Shown: one piece after another, positions 9,751 to 22,423 of the stretch
Position numbering within the stretch: position 1 is the stretch's first letter
Layout of the letters: the number at the start of each line of letters is the position of its first letter
Source of the DNA: a virus
Taxonomy: Duplodnaviria; Caudoviricetes
Reading direction: 5' to 3' (one strand)
Virus record (IMG/VR): IMGVR_UViG_3300031992_004562
Coordinates: 1-64,000 of that record
DNA: 64,000 bases
Made by a program: the position numbers and the translations under genes
Notes under the pieces: generated by a model
Databases searched by the model: none
What the model was told of the DNA's origin: nothing
What the model saw: the letters and a program-made list of their open reading frames with translations, nothing else

Positions 9751-12700
9751 TTACATTGGTGCAGGTCCATCACCCAAATCAGATTCACGGGTTAAAACCT
9801 ATCGTCTATCATATTTTTTAATATAATTGTCTCTCTTTTTAGCAAGATTTGTTATTCCTTCATCAACTTTTTCTTGAGTTGCTTGGCTTTTATCTTTTAT
9901 ATTTTCCTATGTTTGCGAAAGTTTTGCATTAGCATTATTTAATTTAGAAGGTTTGTTTAATTGTTCCTATAAGGCTTCATTAAATTGCTTTTCAATTAAT
10001 GCTTTATTTTCAATAGGAATAGCTTTGATAATAGATGAATATGTTCTAAATTTTTCTATCGCTTTTTGAGCAATTTCATTTTCATTTATATATCCCATTA
10101 ATAATTGATTTACCATCATAGGTATTGTATTTTCTACTGTTTCTTGAATTTTCTTAAATATGTCTTTAGCAATTTCAAGAGCAATTTTTAAGAATATCAT
10201 TACATCAATATCATCAGATGATAAATTAATCATTAATATAATTGGTGCTGGCCACATACCACGAAGTGCAATTCCAAATACCATTAATACATTAACAATT
10301 GGAATCATTACAGGTGGAGCAATTGGAAGATATATAGCAGGAAGTGGAAGTGGAACCATAAATGGTGGAATATCAAAACCATCTGCCCAATATATAGGAA
10401 TTAAAGTAAATAATGTTGCGTTTAGCATATATACTAACCAATATTCATAATCAAATATTGTTATTGGGTCATTTTCTCTAATATCTTTAACATCTTCCAA
10501 ATCAATAATTGGGTCTTTTATATTATCTTCTAAATTGTCCATATCTTCTTCAACATATGGAATTTCCGCAATAGATTTTTTTGGTGTTTTAAATGGATTA
10601 GTGAATGTATATAATTCATAATTTGTATTATCAACTTTAATATTAAGGCTTTGAGGCCATTTAGCATTTGAATTTAAACCATTTGCATAATCTTGAATAT
10701 CTTTTATGGCTTTATCAACATTATACGTTGATTTATATTCAGTTATAATCTTTTTCCAAAACTCATCAATTTTCTTAGCTTCATCCTTGATCATCTAATA
10801 AAACATATTATTCTTTGCAGCATCTTCAAAAAATTGTTTTGTTTCACTATCCAAATTACTTGTTCCTTTTTCTTTAACATTTATTAAATATGTAACAATT
10901 TTCTCATCTGAATCAAGAAGAGTCATAATGCTTTTAATAGTAGCATTTTTAATTTGTTCATTAGTCACACCCATTGGATTACTAGACATTAAAGATTCAG
11001 TAATCTTTTTATATACAGCATCATATAAATCATTAAAATTTGTATATTGTGTAGAATTATATGTTATTTGTTTTTCATTACTAATATATAATGCCTCTAT
11101 ATTTTTAACAGTCTAATCTATATCTGAACCACTATAATCACGAATATATGTTGCATTTTCAGTGTCTTTATATAAATTGCTAACCTTTGTTTCATCATTT
11201 CGTATATCAGAATTACTAATATACATAAATAATGTTAATGCCTATTTGCATACTTCAAAATAGTCATTATCTCTTTTATCATTTTCAGCTTTATTAATAT
11301 CTTCTGTTGTGGCTTTATTGTCTAAACGTAATTTATCTTTTTTAATTTTATTTAATATTTCCTATGTATTATTTCTATCAATATTGTTTTCATTTATATA
11401 CTTATTTAAATAATCATATGCATTATTGACTTTTTGCGCAAATAACCCATTAAGTATATGTTCATTATAATATTTTGTAAATACATTTATCATTGTAGTG
11501 ATATTCTACTTTTCATATGCAAGACGAATATCAATAATATTTTGAACTATAGTTCTAAATTCATTTATATAATCAGGACCATCTTCATCTAAATTAATAT
11601 TATTTATATTTTTTACCATATCAGTGGCGCTAAATAGGCTACTATCCATGTTTACATGATATCCTGCAGATATAGATGCATCTGGTAAATGCAATTTATC
11701 TATATCAGCTTGAATATCTGACATACTAATATTAATTGTGGCTGTTTGTTTTTGAGTATCTGGTATTGATCTTAATAAATTTATATAATAGTTATTATAT
11801 TCTAATGTATCATCACCAACTGTTCTTTTAAATGTAATATTTGGATCATATGCAAGACCAATACAATCAAGATATTGAACATCACCATATACACTTTGAT
11901 TAACTGCATTTTCATATGAATTTATAGCTAATTCAACCATTAATTTTCTATCATTAAGCATATCATCTTTTAGTTTTTCTGCCTTACCAGGAGAAATATT
12001 AACTACTTCTTTTCCACCAACAGTTGTGTTTTCATCTTGGCCAGATAAATTAGATTTAAGATTTTCACTCTATGTTTTAAGTTTTTCAGCAAATGCATTT
12101 ATTGATTCATCATATTTTTTAATTATTTTATCATATGATGTATATACAGTATTTGCTTCTGCAGGTGCAACCATAAATGGTGATCCTGCAACATTTGGTT
12201 GTGATTTACGATTTGCATTTACCAATAGTCCAGGTAAAACTGATAATGGCATACAATTTATAATAAGTGCTTCCAACTCAGTTGCCTTTTTAAATTTCTA
12301 TTGTAATGACATTACATCATTTATATTATAATCTGATGCAGAACATTTAACTGGATTATCTATGATAATATGTCTACCAGCCATTGATGGATATAAATGT
12401 TTATAATCACTATTAGATTCATCAATAGATCTAATTATTCCTGTATATTGTGTTCTAATTGGAATTTGTTTGCCATCATCTTTAATATATCCTAATATAT
12501 CTCCTTCAACTAAAGTCTAACCAGGCTTAACAACTAAATCATAATTAACTTTATTACCAAGTGTATATTCATCACCAAATTCAACAATTACTGCACTATC
12601 TTCTACAGGTTTGCTTTTGCTTTTACTTTTATCTATTGAAGAAGGCTGACATAAATTTAAATCACATATGCTTAATGTCTATTGGCCTTCAAATTCATCA

Positions 12701-15540
12701 GATGTAAATGTAATAGCATCTAAAAATGATTTAGTATCATATTTTTCTTCTGTCATTTCAATTTTAGGCTCTTCATAATATGGATTAACATTTTTCTTTC
12801 TAGCTCTAAGAATTTCACTAGAAATTGTTGATCTTCTTTGTTTATCATAATAAACTTCACCTAAATCTCTATTAATTTCAATATTATCTAAACCAATAGA
12901 TGTTCCATCATTATATCCACCATGTTCTATTCCCCAATCATCAAAATATAATGTAGTTCCTTTTAATAAATTTAATGGATAATCTGGATTGATTGCATGT
13001 ACTGCACAATAAGTATTTAATGTCGTTGTGTCTAATATTCCAATTGTAATAAATCCTGATTCGTCTGGCTATTGTCCAAATTCTGATAACGCCCAATCTG
13101 CCATTTCTTTTGTTCTAATTGTAAAGAAATTTGTGTCTTTTAAATTAATTAAATCTTTAAGACCATTAATTAATTGTGCTGCCTATTTTAAAGCATTTGC
13201 TAAATTTACACGCTATCCTGTTCTAACAAATTCTTTATTAATCATATAATTTTCAAGGATATGTGCAATAACCTATAATATCTAAACAATTGGTTGTAAT
13301 ATCTTTAAGAACTAAACAACCTCATCAAACATTAAAATTTTTCTTTTACCAGTTTCTGGGTCATATAAAACAGATTCAAGTAATGCAGCATCAATATTTA
13401 TATTAACTTTTGTTAGCTATGATTCTGCATTTTTGGCAGCATTCATAACATTATCTGTTGCACCAGATGCCATGTTTTCTGCATTATCTAACATACCAGA
13501 TGCTTGGCCTTTAGCCCCATTTAATGTTGACATTGCTCCATTCTTTATATCTGTACCAGAATTTTTAGCTTTTGATAATAAATCATCTTCAATATTAGTT
13601 TCAGATGATGCCTAATTTGATTCAGATTTTTTTCTAGCATCTTGATTAATATTAAATGTGAAAATATAAAATTTGGTTACTCCATCAACAATTGCTTGAA
13701 TTTTTATTTCAATTGTATCATTTATATCCCATGCATCTTTAAATGCGTCTTTTATTTGTTTAGTTGCACCATTATTAAATATTTCTTTTGTTCCAGATCT
13801 AAATGATTTAATAAATGATGATATCGCTAATAAATGCAATGATGGATTTTTATTAATTGTTATATTAATATAGATATTTTTATTTTCATTTGACTATGTA
13901 TATGTAAATGCCTAAGTTTCAATTACTGGAATATCACCATTAGCAATTGCATTCATATCCATATTTAATCCTGCACCAATAATATTTACAGCACCCTAAT
14001 CTACCATTCCTGCAACAATTTCAGAACCAACAGCACCTGCAGTATTTGCTGCAACTTCGCCTGTGTCAATATCACCATTAATTGAATTATTCATTGCATT
14101 ATCTGCAAACCCCATTGCTTTATCAGAAATGCCTGCAACTGTTCCTTTTGCATCTTGAATAACATTTTCAGAAAGAACTGTGCCACCAGCATTTCTAATG
14201 GCCTCATTCTATTCATTTATCATATTGTCTGTAAATGCTTGAGCATTATTCTATACTTGGTTTCCCATATCAATAGCTGTTTCTACTAATGTTCCTGCTG
14301 CAGCCATACCAAGTTTTTTCAAATCCTCCATTGTTATGCCTTTAGCATCCGGAGTTAAACCAAGCATTTCAAATATTTCAAGAATATTATTAATAGTATT
14401 TAATAAATCCATCTAATTTTCTATAGATGTATTCTATAATTGTGAGATGAATTGTTTAATAGATTCTATTGTATCTTTAATTATTAAAATTTGGAAAGCA
14501 TTCTAAATCATTATTGATTGGTCTTTAAGCCAAATCATTAATTTTTCTTTAGATTGTTCAATTGATAAATCTTTAGTTTTTTCTTCCCATTTCTTTTTAG
14601 ATTTTTCAATTCTTTCCTTTTTTAATTTTTCTTTTTCCTCTTTTGTTAATTTTTGTTTTTTCTTCTTTTCTTCTTGAGTTTCTTCTGCCTATTCTTCTTG
14701 AGGTTGTTTATTTTTCTCTTCTTTCTATTTACGTTTATTTGCAGCTGCACGCTATATCATACCAATATATGCAAAACCTTGATTACATATATTTCTAATT
14801 TCTGATAATGTGTGACCAGTATATTTTTGAAGAACAGGATCTAAAGCAGGTTCAATAACTTCTAATATATTATTAACAGATACTACAATATTATCCAATA
14901 CAGCATCATTAGAAGTACATATCATTGAATTATAAAATATAATTAATTGTTGTTTTAAGGCTTCATACTATGCTTTTAATTGATTAATTAATGAAGCCGT
15001 TAATGCACTTAAAGAATCTTTTACAGATGGAACACACATCACATCTGCATCCTACATTTTATTAAGTTTTAATAATAGTTTTTGAATATTTCCAATAATT
15101 GTTGCAATAGATGTTGCATATTGAAGACCCATTTTAGCTAATTCAACAGTGCCCTATGTAATTTGCATTCCTGTTTTAATAGCATCTATAACACCACTCT
15201 ATCCTAAAACGACTTCAATTTCATCTAATATTATATTAACTAATTCTTCAGGTGCATTTAATCCCATAGCTGCTAATTGCTATGTGTATCCTTGAAGATT
15301 ATTTGCTAAATTAGTTAATCCCTATTCGCCTGTTAGATTTACAGCAGCTGCAATATTATCAGCAATAATTTGGTCAGTTGACCCAGTGCCAATGTTAATA
15401 CCTGTTGATGCAACAACATCACCTGCACCTGCGCCAGCAGATATAAGCATATCTTCACCAAAATTCTATGTTGATGTTTTTAAACCATCAGCTAATTGTT
15501 CAGATTGCCCACCTTGTTCTATTTCTAATTCAAAATCCAT
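9751..15540 (-). CDS. very large TAG-recoded protein (about 1,929 aa), probably virion-associated
   Basis: Five ORF-track fragments (13612, 12070, 11506, 10795, 9967) share one frame and end in TAG. The ATG overlaps the RuvC-like stop (TAATG). Hydrophobic Pro-rich C-terminal segment. Not every codon was checked. Confidence 0.8.
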
Positions 15541-16202
15541 TATTTAATAAATCCCTCTTTTTTAAGCATTGTTTTTAATGCCCAATAACTATCAACTATA
15601 TCATCAACACAATGTATATATGCAGTTTTATTTATAAAATCATTTGTTTTTAATCCTGCACTAAATCCATTATTAACTTCTTCCAATTTAAATGCATCTA
15701 TCATTGGTGTTTTAGATGTTTGTTTATTTTTACCTGCACATCCAGCAACAGATTTTAATGTAATTGGAGAATATGTATAAAGACCATATAATCTATCTTT
15801 ATAGTGTTCATATAATTTACTTAATAAAACACCTTTATATGTCGCCAAATTAAGTGCAGCATCACCCGTTGATCCATATGATAAGCCTTCTGATGAAATA
15901 TAAATTGGCGTATCATTAGGAATATCATACTTATTTAAAAATTCATCTATCGTTTCAACAATCAAATTTGCAAGATCTGTTGATCTAATTGTATGTTCTA
16001 AAACAATTTGTGAATTTTTATCTTTTGTTGATACTGCATCTAATCCACGAGAATAGCAAAAAACGCCATGGTCTTTATAAATCTAAACATGTTTTTCTGC
16101 TAAATCTACTGGCCATATAAAATGATAAAATTTCTAATCATATAATGCAGTCGCAGCAGGTTTATTCATACTAAAATCAAACCCAATAAATACACTTTTC
16201 AT
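15540..16202 (-). CDS. RuvC-like Holliday junction resolvase (TAG-recoded, 220 aa)
   Basis: Read-through restores N-terminal MKSVFIGFDFSMNKPA (first catalytic Asp); also SEGLSYGS, SPITLKSVAG and DDIVDSYW. Confidence 0.85.
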
Positions 16203-16274
16203 AATCGTCTTTCAATAGTTTTATTATTTATTGTATAAATAAGTTAACTGTAAGTTTTAATAAATATATTGAAT

Positions 16275-16997
16275 ATGAAATTATATAATTTACATAAAAT
16301 ATTATTTGAAAATAATTCTGGTGAAGAGTTTTATTTTAAAGATGAATGGATTCCAACTGATAAAGATTGGGAAACAATGATTATGAATATGAATAATCAT
16401 AGTAATCTTGATAATATCTTTAGAAAAACATCAACATTTAATGTAGATAAAATGGTTAGATGCTATCTTGTTGCTAAAGTTTTAGGATGGCCAAAATTGG
16501 AAAGATATCATGAAACTATGCGAAGAAGACTTAAAGATGCCGGAATATTTTATGATGAATTTGAAATAATAGATAATCAATTTATAGATCTTCCAGAAGT
16601 TTGGAAAGAATTAATTCTTGATTTAGAATAGTATGACAAACTTGGAGGGGTTGCATTAAGACATCAAGATATGGGAGAATTATGTGATGATAATGTTTTA
16701 TTTAATGCTTTTAAATATATAGATAAACATATTAACACTATATAGTTTTCTAAAATCTCATTAGATCGTGGGGATTTTCATCCAAATCAAAGAATAATCA
16801 AAATTAATTTTAGAAATGGGTCAATTGCATATATTAAAGTTGTAAGATGGAGTGCAAATGATCATTCTTTAAAAACCCGCGATTATTTTGATAATAATAT
16901 TAAAAAATCTAGATTTTCAACATTATTTCAAATATATTTAAATAGATATATTAATGAAGTAATAATTGATCCAACATGGACACCTGAATATTTATGA
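16275..16997 (+). CDS. hypothetical late protein (TAG-recoded, 240 aa)
   Basis: Open through 2 TAGs to TGA 16995-16997, which overlaps the next ATG. Confidence 0.75.
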
Positions 16998-17761
16998 AAT
17001 TAAATAAACAAATATTAGAAGCTATTAATAGAGGCATATAGTTGGCACTCGATGATTATGAAGATATAGAAACTAGTAATTCTATATCTCATAATAATGA
17101 TGTCATAAATAGTGATGATGTAATTCAAACAGAAATAGATTTTTGGGATTAGTGGGTTGATTTAGGCCTTCCTTCTGGTACATTATGGGCAAAATCTAAT
17201 ATTGGTGCAGATTGCGATGACTATGAGGAAAGCTGGTATGGAGAACATTTTGCATGGGGTGAAACTGAACCAAAAGAAAAATATGATTGGGAAACATATA
17301 AATTTGGAGAAGCAACATAGCTAACAAAATATTGTTATGATACTAAATACAGTGCAAATTATATTATTCCACGTACAGATGATTTAAATGAATTACAACC
17401 AAAAGATGATGTAGTATCAGTATTATTGAAACATCATTCACATATACCTACAAAGGAATAGATGATAGAATTATTAAATTATACATCGCAAACAGAAATA
17501 TTCAACTATAATAACATAGATGGTTTACATGGAATTATATTTACAGGCAAAAATAAAAAATCAATTTTTATGCCAATGGCCGGATCTATGTCGTCGTCAG
17601 TCAAAGTTTCAATGAATGCAAGATATTGGACATCTACACTATCAAAAGAAACTCCTATGGATGCATATTATTTAGATTGGGGACGTGGCTATCAAACCGG
17701 TTAGTTATTACATGATTATAGATGTTATGGTTTTTCAATTAGACCAGTTTATAATAGATAA
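16994..17761 (+). CDS. CLec-fold (VDLGLPSGTLWA, DUF1566/FISUMP-like) protein with shared leader (TAG-recoded, 255 aa)
   Basis: WVDLGLPSGTLWAKSNIGA...FAWGET...IPTKEQMIEL...YWTST...GFSIRPV. Confidence 0.85.
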
Positions 17762-17790
17762 AAATAAGAAGAGGTAAATGCCTCTTCTTA

Positions 17791-18000
17791 TTAATTTAAT
17801 ATTGGAACTTCTTCTAATGATTCATATAATTTAGATTCATAAACTCGTGTTAAAACATGAAATTGTGAATCTTTATTTTTTTCTCTAATGGCTTCAGCTG
17901 CTTTTTCTGCAACTTCTTTATTAGTGAACGCTGAAGTTTCTGTCATCATTGTAACAGTTCCATTCATTGCTCGCATTTCAACATTCCAAACTGTTTTCAT
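17791..18000 (-). CDS. small hypothetical protein
   Basis: 69-aa ORF; bidirectional terminator hairpin at about 17766-17789. Confidence 0.7.
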   Translation of the reverse strand: MKTVWNVEMRAMNGTVTMMTETSAFTNKEVAEKAAEAIREKNKDSQFHVLTRVYESKLYESLEEVPILN

Positions 18001-18022
18001 AATGTATTTGTTTTATAATAAT

Positions 18023-19417
18023 TTATAATAAAATATTCTTTTTATATATAAACTAACTTATATAAGATTTAGTTGAAAACAAACTAGAAAACTATAAATT
18101 AAACTAATCTATAGAAAGTCTATACATAATTTTAGACTTTTTGAAATAAGCATATAGTTCTATCAAATCTTTATAGTTAGGCTATAAATTAAATTCTTCC
18201 AATGACTTAAGATATAGCTTTTTAAAACTAGTCAAACTTGGTCTAACTATATTCTTTTTTATTTCTTTTTGCTTAGCTATATGCTATGCATTAAATTCAT
18301 AAGCTCTTCTAGATAGTTCTATAGATGCAAGAACCATATCAGGTAAATTTAAGCTTCTATATAAAAAGTTTCCAATAAAAGAACTATATTCTGGTTTGAC
18401 TTTTAATAGTTTGATATTAAATATATTACATCTTTTAGTTAAATTATTAACAAACTAGTTTCTATTCCAGGAATTGTTAACTAGTTTATTATAATGCTTG
18501 CCTAATTCTTTATCAGAAGATTTTATATTTAAATCTTCTATAGAAACTATCTAACATTTATAATAAATTGCTTTATTAATTATATTTTTAACTATTTGAA
18601 TAGTTTCATAGTTTCTTTTATTTGAAATATAAACTCTTTCTTTAGAATCACTAGAAAATCCTTTTCCTTTAAGACTAAAATCTTTATCATTAAGTTCTTT
18701 AATAGAATAAATTCCAGATTTAATAACTTTAAATTCTGATTCTGATTTCCAATCAACTATAGACCAACCTATATAGTTTGGATTCATATCTATTCCAAGA
18801 ACTCTATTATTAATTTGTTTATATTGTTGTTTATTCTATAAAACTATAGTTTCATCAAACTAAATATAAACATAATTCTAGTCTATTTTATATGTTATTG
18901 GACAATCATCATTAATTTGGTGTTTATAAATTTCAATTAACTATTTTTTATAATTCTAATGAAGTTGTTTAGGAAGTTCAATCTAGATTTTTCTTTCTTT
19001 TAGCTTTAATGTTATAAACTATAAAGTTTCATCTAATTTAAATTTTCTATTTCCATGAACATTTTTCGTTCCTGAACTTTTTTCTCCAAAACTAGTTAAT
19101 GGAACTAATCTATTTTGTTTATATTGTTCTTTAGTTATTAAACCTTTTAATCTATTAAAGAAATTTTTCTTTCCACCAAATATAACTTTATTAGTTTCAT
19201 TTAATGAATATAAAATTTTAGAGTCATAATTAGCAGATTGAATAAACCATGAATCTAGTTTTTCTATATTATTTAATTTATGAGTATTTATTTTAGTTTT
19301 ATTTTGAAGACAATTAAATGCAACTCTATAAACTGAATTATATTGTTTAATATATTCATTAAGCAATAACTAATCTTCATTAGAAGAAATAAAATATTTT
19401 AGTTTTATAGTTTGCAT
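18023..19417 (-). CDS. tnpB: TnpB-like (IS200/IS605 accessory, Cas12f-related) RuvC nuclease, 464 aa, TAG-recoded
   Basis: ATG 19417 to TAA 18023 with about 15 in-frame TAGs; GNRKF, RuvC-I VLGIDMNP, RuvC-II IVSIEDL, VKPEYSSFIG, RuvC-III PDMVLASIELSRR. Confidence 0.85.
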
Positions 19418-19533
19418 TTATAATATATTAAATAATATCTTCTTTTTATATTTATCTAAATTTATTTTGAAAATATTTAAATTACTAAAATAATAAAAAA
19501 TATTATAATATTAAAAAGAATAGAATAGATTTT

Positions 19534-21165
19534 TCATAATATCTAATTAAATTCATATTTTTGTTCATATGTAGGGAAATTTTGTTCTTTATATATAGTC
19601 TTACGGGTTTTATAATGAGACCACATATAATTATCATAATATTTCTTTTTCTTATCTTCAGAATATCTTAAATCATCTACAAAATCATATAAAATACATT
19701 TCTCTTTTCCAGATGCATTTCTTAATCCACGGCCAATAACCTGTCTAACCATTCTATCAGATTTTGCAGAATTTACTAAGAATATTGATTCAATGTTTGG
19801 TACATCGATGCCCTCGCCGAATGTTCCAATAGATCCAACTATAATAGTTTTGCCATCATGATCTTCGGCCATGCATTTCTTATAATATTCTCTATTCTCT
19901 GATGGTGTTTTTCCATCAACATAATAAACATTCTTATCAGAATTGTCTTTTATATATTCTGCCATTTTTCTTCCATATCCACCTTTAACATCACAGAAAA
20001 TTATCAATGTATTCTTTGCCATTTTTATAGCATAATCGCCTATAAATTTTAAACGAGTATATGAATTATTTACAAACTCTTGTTCTTGTTTTAATAATTT
20101 GCTTCCAAGAGTCATATCTTCGTCATTTATGGCTTTTTGGGCTCTATTATAATATAATTGTCGTTTTTCATCCATTGTGGCCCAATTCATTAATTGGAAT
20201 ACAACATAAATTGGTGTAGCTGCGTGTTCTTGATTAATTAATTGGTCAGATGTTAATTTATAAACTACAGGTCCAATATAAGATTGAATTTCAAGATTCG
20301 TTATACTATTTTGTTTTGGGAACGTACCAGTTACACCAATAGAATATCTAAGATTAATACACTTTGTCAAAATCTTTTTAATTGATGTTGTTCCTGAATG
20401 GTGGGCTTCATCACAAATACATGCACCAAAATCTTTAAAGAATTCATCACCTCTTTTGCATAATGACTGAAATGTACCAAATAATATATTACATGATTCA
20501 ACACGTTCTTTTTCAGCTTTCTTTAATCCAGATCTTAAAACACCTATCTCCCAATTATGATTATGTTTTGCAAGATATGATTCATAATCTTCATATTTTT
20601 CTGCTGATTGATTTGCTAAGTCAACTGATGGAACAATATAAAGAACTTTCTTGACACCCATATCTACAAAATACTTGAATAATATAAATGATATAAGTGT
20701 TTTACCAGCAGATGTTGAAATTTCACCACAGGCTTTTCTATATTTAATTAAAGTATATGCTGCTTTAATCTGATATTCATGTGGTCTAAAATCGACATAA
20801 TCCTCAATTTCGCCATCATCATTTTTAATTGGCATTTTAGCACCTTCAAACATATTGTCAACATATATTTTAAATGCTTGATAATCCAATTGAAAATTAT
20901 TGACGTACTCAACCATTTTTGGTGTCATTGTTGCAGTGATATTACATTGTTTGCAAAATTGCAAAACCTCCAACCACAAACCAATTGGCACCATTCCATA
21001 TTCATTTATGAAACAGCGGTCAGTATTAATATATGACATCTTCTTTTTAAACAACCACGCATTCTCAATTTCTCTTGTTAAAAAATTCTTTAACAATTGA
21101 AGTTCATACGGGTAATCAGAATTACATACCATATATTGGTTGTCATATGTAATATCTATTTGCAT
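19534..21165 (-). CDS. uvsW: UvsW-like SF2 DNA helicase
   Basis: STSAGKT, IVPS, DEAH, GVTGT, GTFGEGID, QVIGRGLR and LYDFVDD motifs; TAG read-through adds QIL before TGA. Confidence 0.9.
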
Positions 21166-21394
21166 TTACGTCTAATTAGACAATATTATTTTATTATTAT
21201 ATAAGGTTTTTAGACTTTTGTTTTTATGTATGTCTGACTGCAAAAAAACTTTTTTGCCCAGTGGACGTAAAATAATTACTATGTAATTAACTGAAAGATA
21301 AACATTTTTCTAGTTTAACTAGTTTTTATATCCCACCCTCTCACATAAAACAAAAAATAAGATTCTTAAATTTCTCTAAGAATCTTAAATTATT

Positions 21395-22423
21395 TTAAAA
21401 ATCAGTTCTCTGACGACGATTGACAGAATCTTGATTCAGTGCATCCGACATATATTCTTTAAAAATATCATAACAATATTCAGGATTAGACAATTTATAA
21501 ACTTTAACATTATTCCATTTTCCAATTTCTGAATCATTGTTGATAAGAATATCAATTTTATGTTTGCCTTTAAAACGTTTATTCATTGTATCTTGAATTT
21601 GATAAACACCGTCACGATCTCCTGTTCCTTCTATTTTAACTAAATCACCATAAGATAAATTATATTGCTTCATCATTGTTCTTTCCATCGCAATAATTCT
21701 ATGAGATTCTGGATCTTCAAGATTTAATTTGAACATTGAAGCTGTATTCTAAACATCAGAATTACACTACGATTTTTTAGCATGATAAACAGTTACTTCA
21801 GTATCATTACATAATAATTTCCATTGTGGTTCCATTTTATCTTCTTCATCTTCATCATAGATATAAAAATGTTCGGCTTGAACAATATTACTATCATTAA
21901 TATATCCTAATTCTCTTACCTATGAATCAGTTAATGCAAATGATGATAATACAATAGTTAATAATGTGCCAATTGTAGTAGCTTCTACAGCGTATTTTTT
22001 AAATGCACGCTTAATATCTTCAAATGATTTACATTTTCTTAGTTCTTTTATAAATGAATGAATACTAAATTTTGAATATTCATCTTCATATGATTCAAAA
22101 ATAAAATCATTTTTCATTTCTAAAACTACATTATATCCATATTTACGTGTAGGGATTAATCTAATTTTAGCATTTATTTTTATATTGTTAATCTCTATCA
22201 ATAATGGATATTCATTTAAATATGTTTTATCATTATCGATATCATAATAATTAACCTATATGCAATTTCCTAAATCAACATTTGTTACTTCAGGAAGACT
22301 ATTAATATCTTTGGCTAAATTATATACATCCTATGTCATATTATGTCCATCAGTTGAAATATATTTGTCTAACCAAATTTTATTAATTTTTTCTATTATA
22401 TTATTGAATTCTGCTCTATTCAT
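21395..22423 (-). CDS. 3D-domain (lytic transglycosylase-like) protein, TAG-recoded, 342 aa
   Basis: Fuses 21920..22201 and 21395..21736; VTVYH..QCNSD..TAS, IIAMER, YGDLVKIEG, IQDTMNKRF and KIDIL are typical of the 3D domain; hydrophobic segment upstream. Confidence 0.75.

Noticed and set aside
17570-17761. DGR template or second variable region in the paralog (also 41048-41300)
   Set aside because: Ordinary codon usage with Lys/Glu codons, no AAY enrichment and low DNA identity to 53901-54074.
18023-19417. Cas12f-type CRISPR effector
   Set aside because: No repeat-spacer array or cas genes in the window; TnpB-like is the supportable call.
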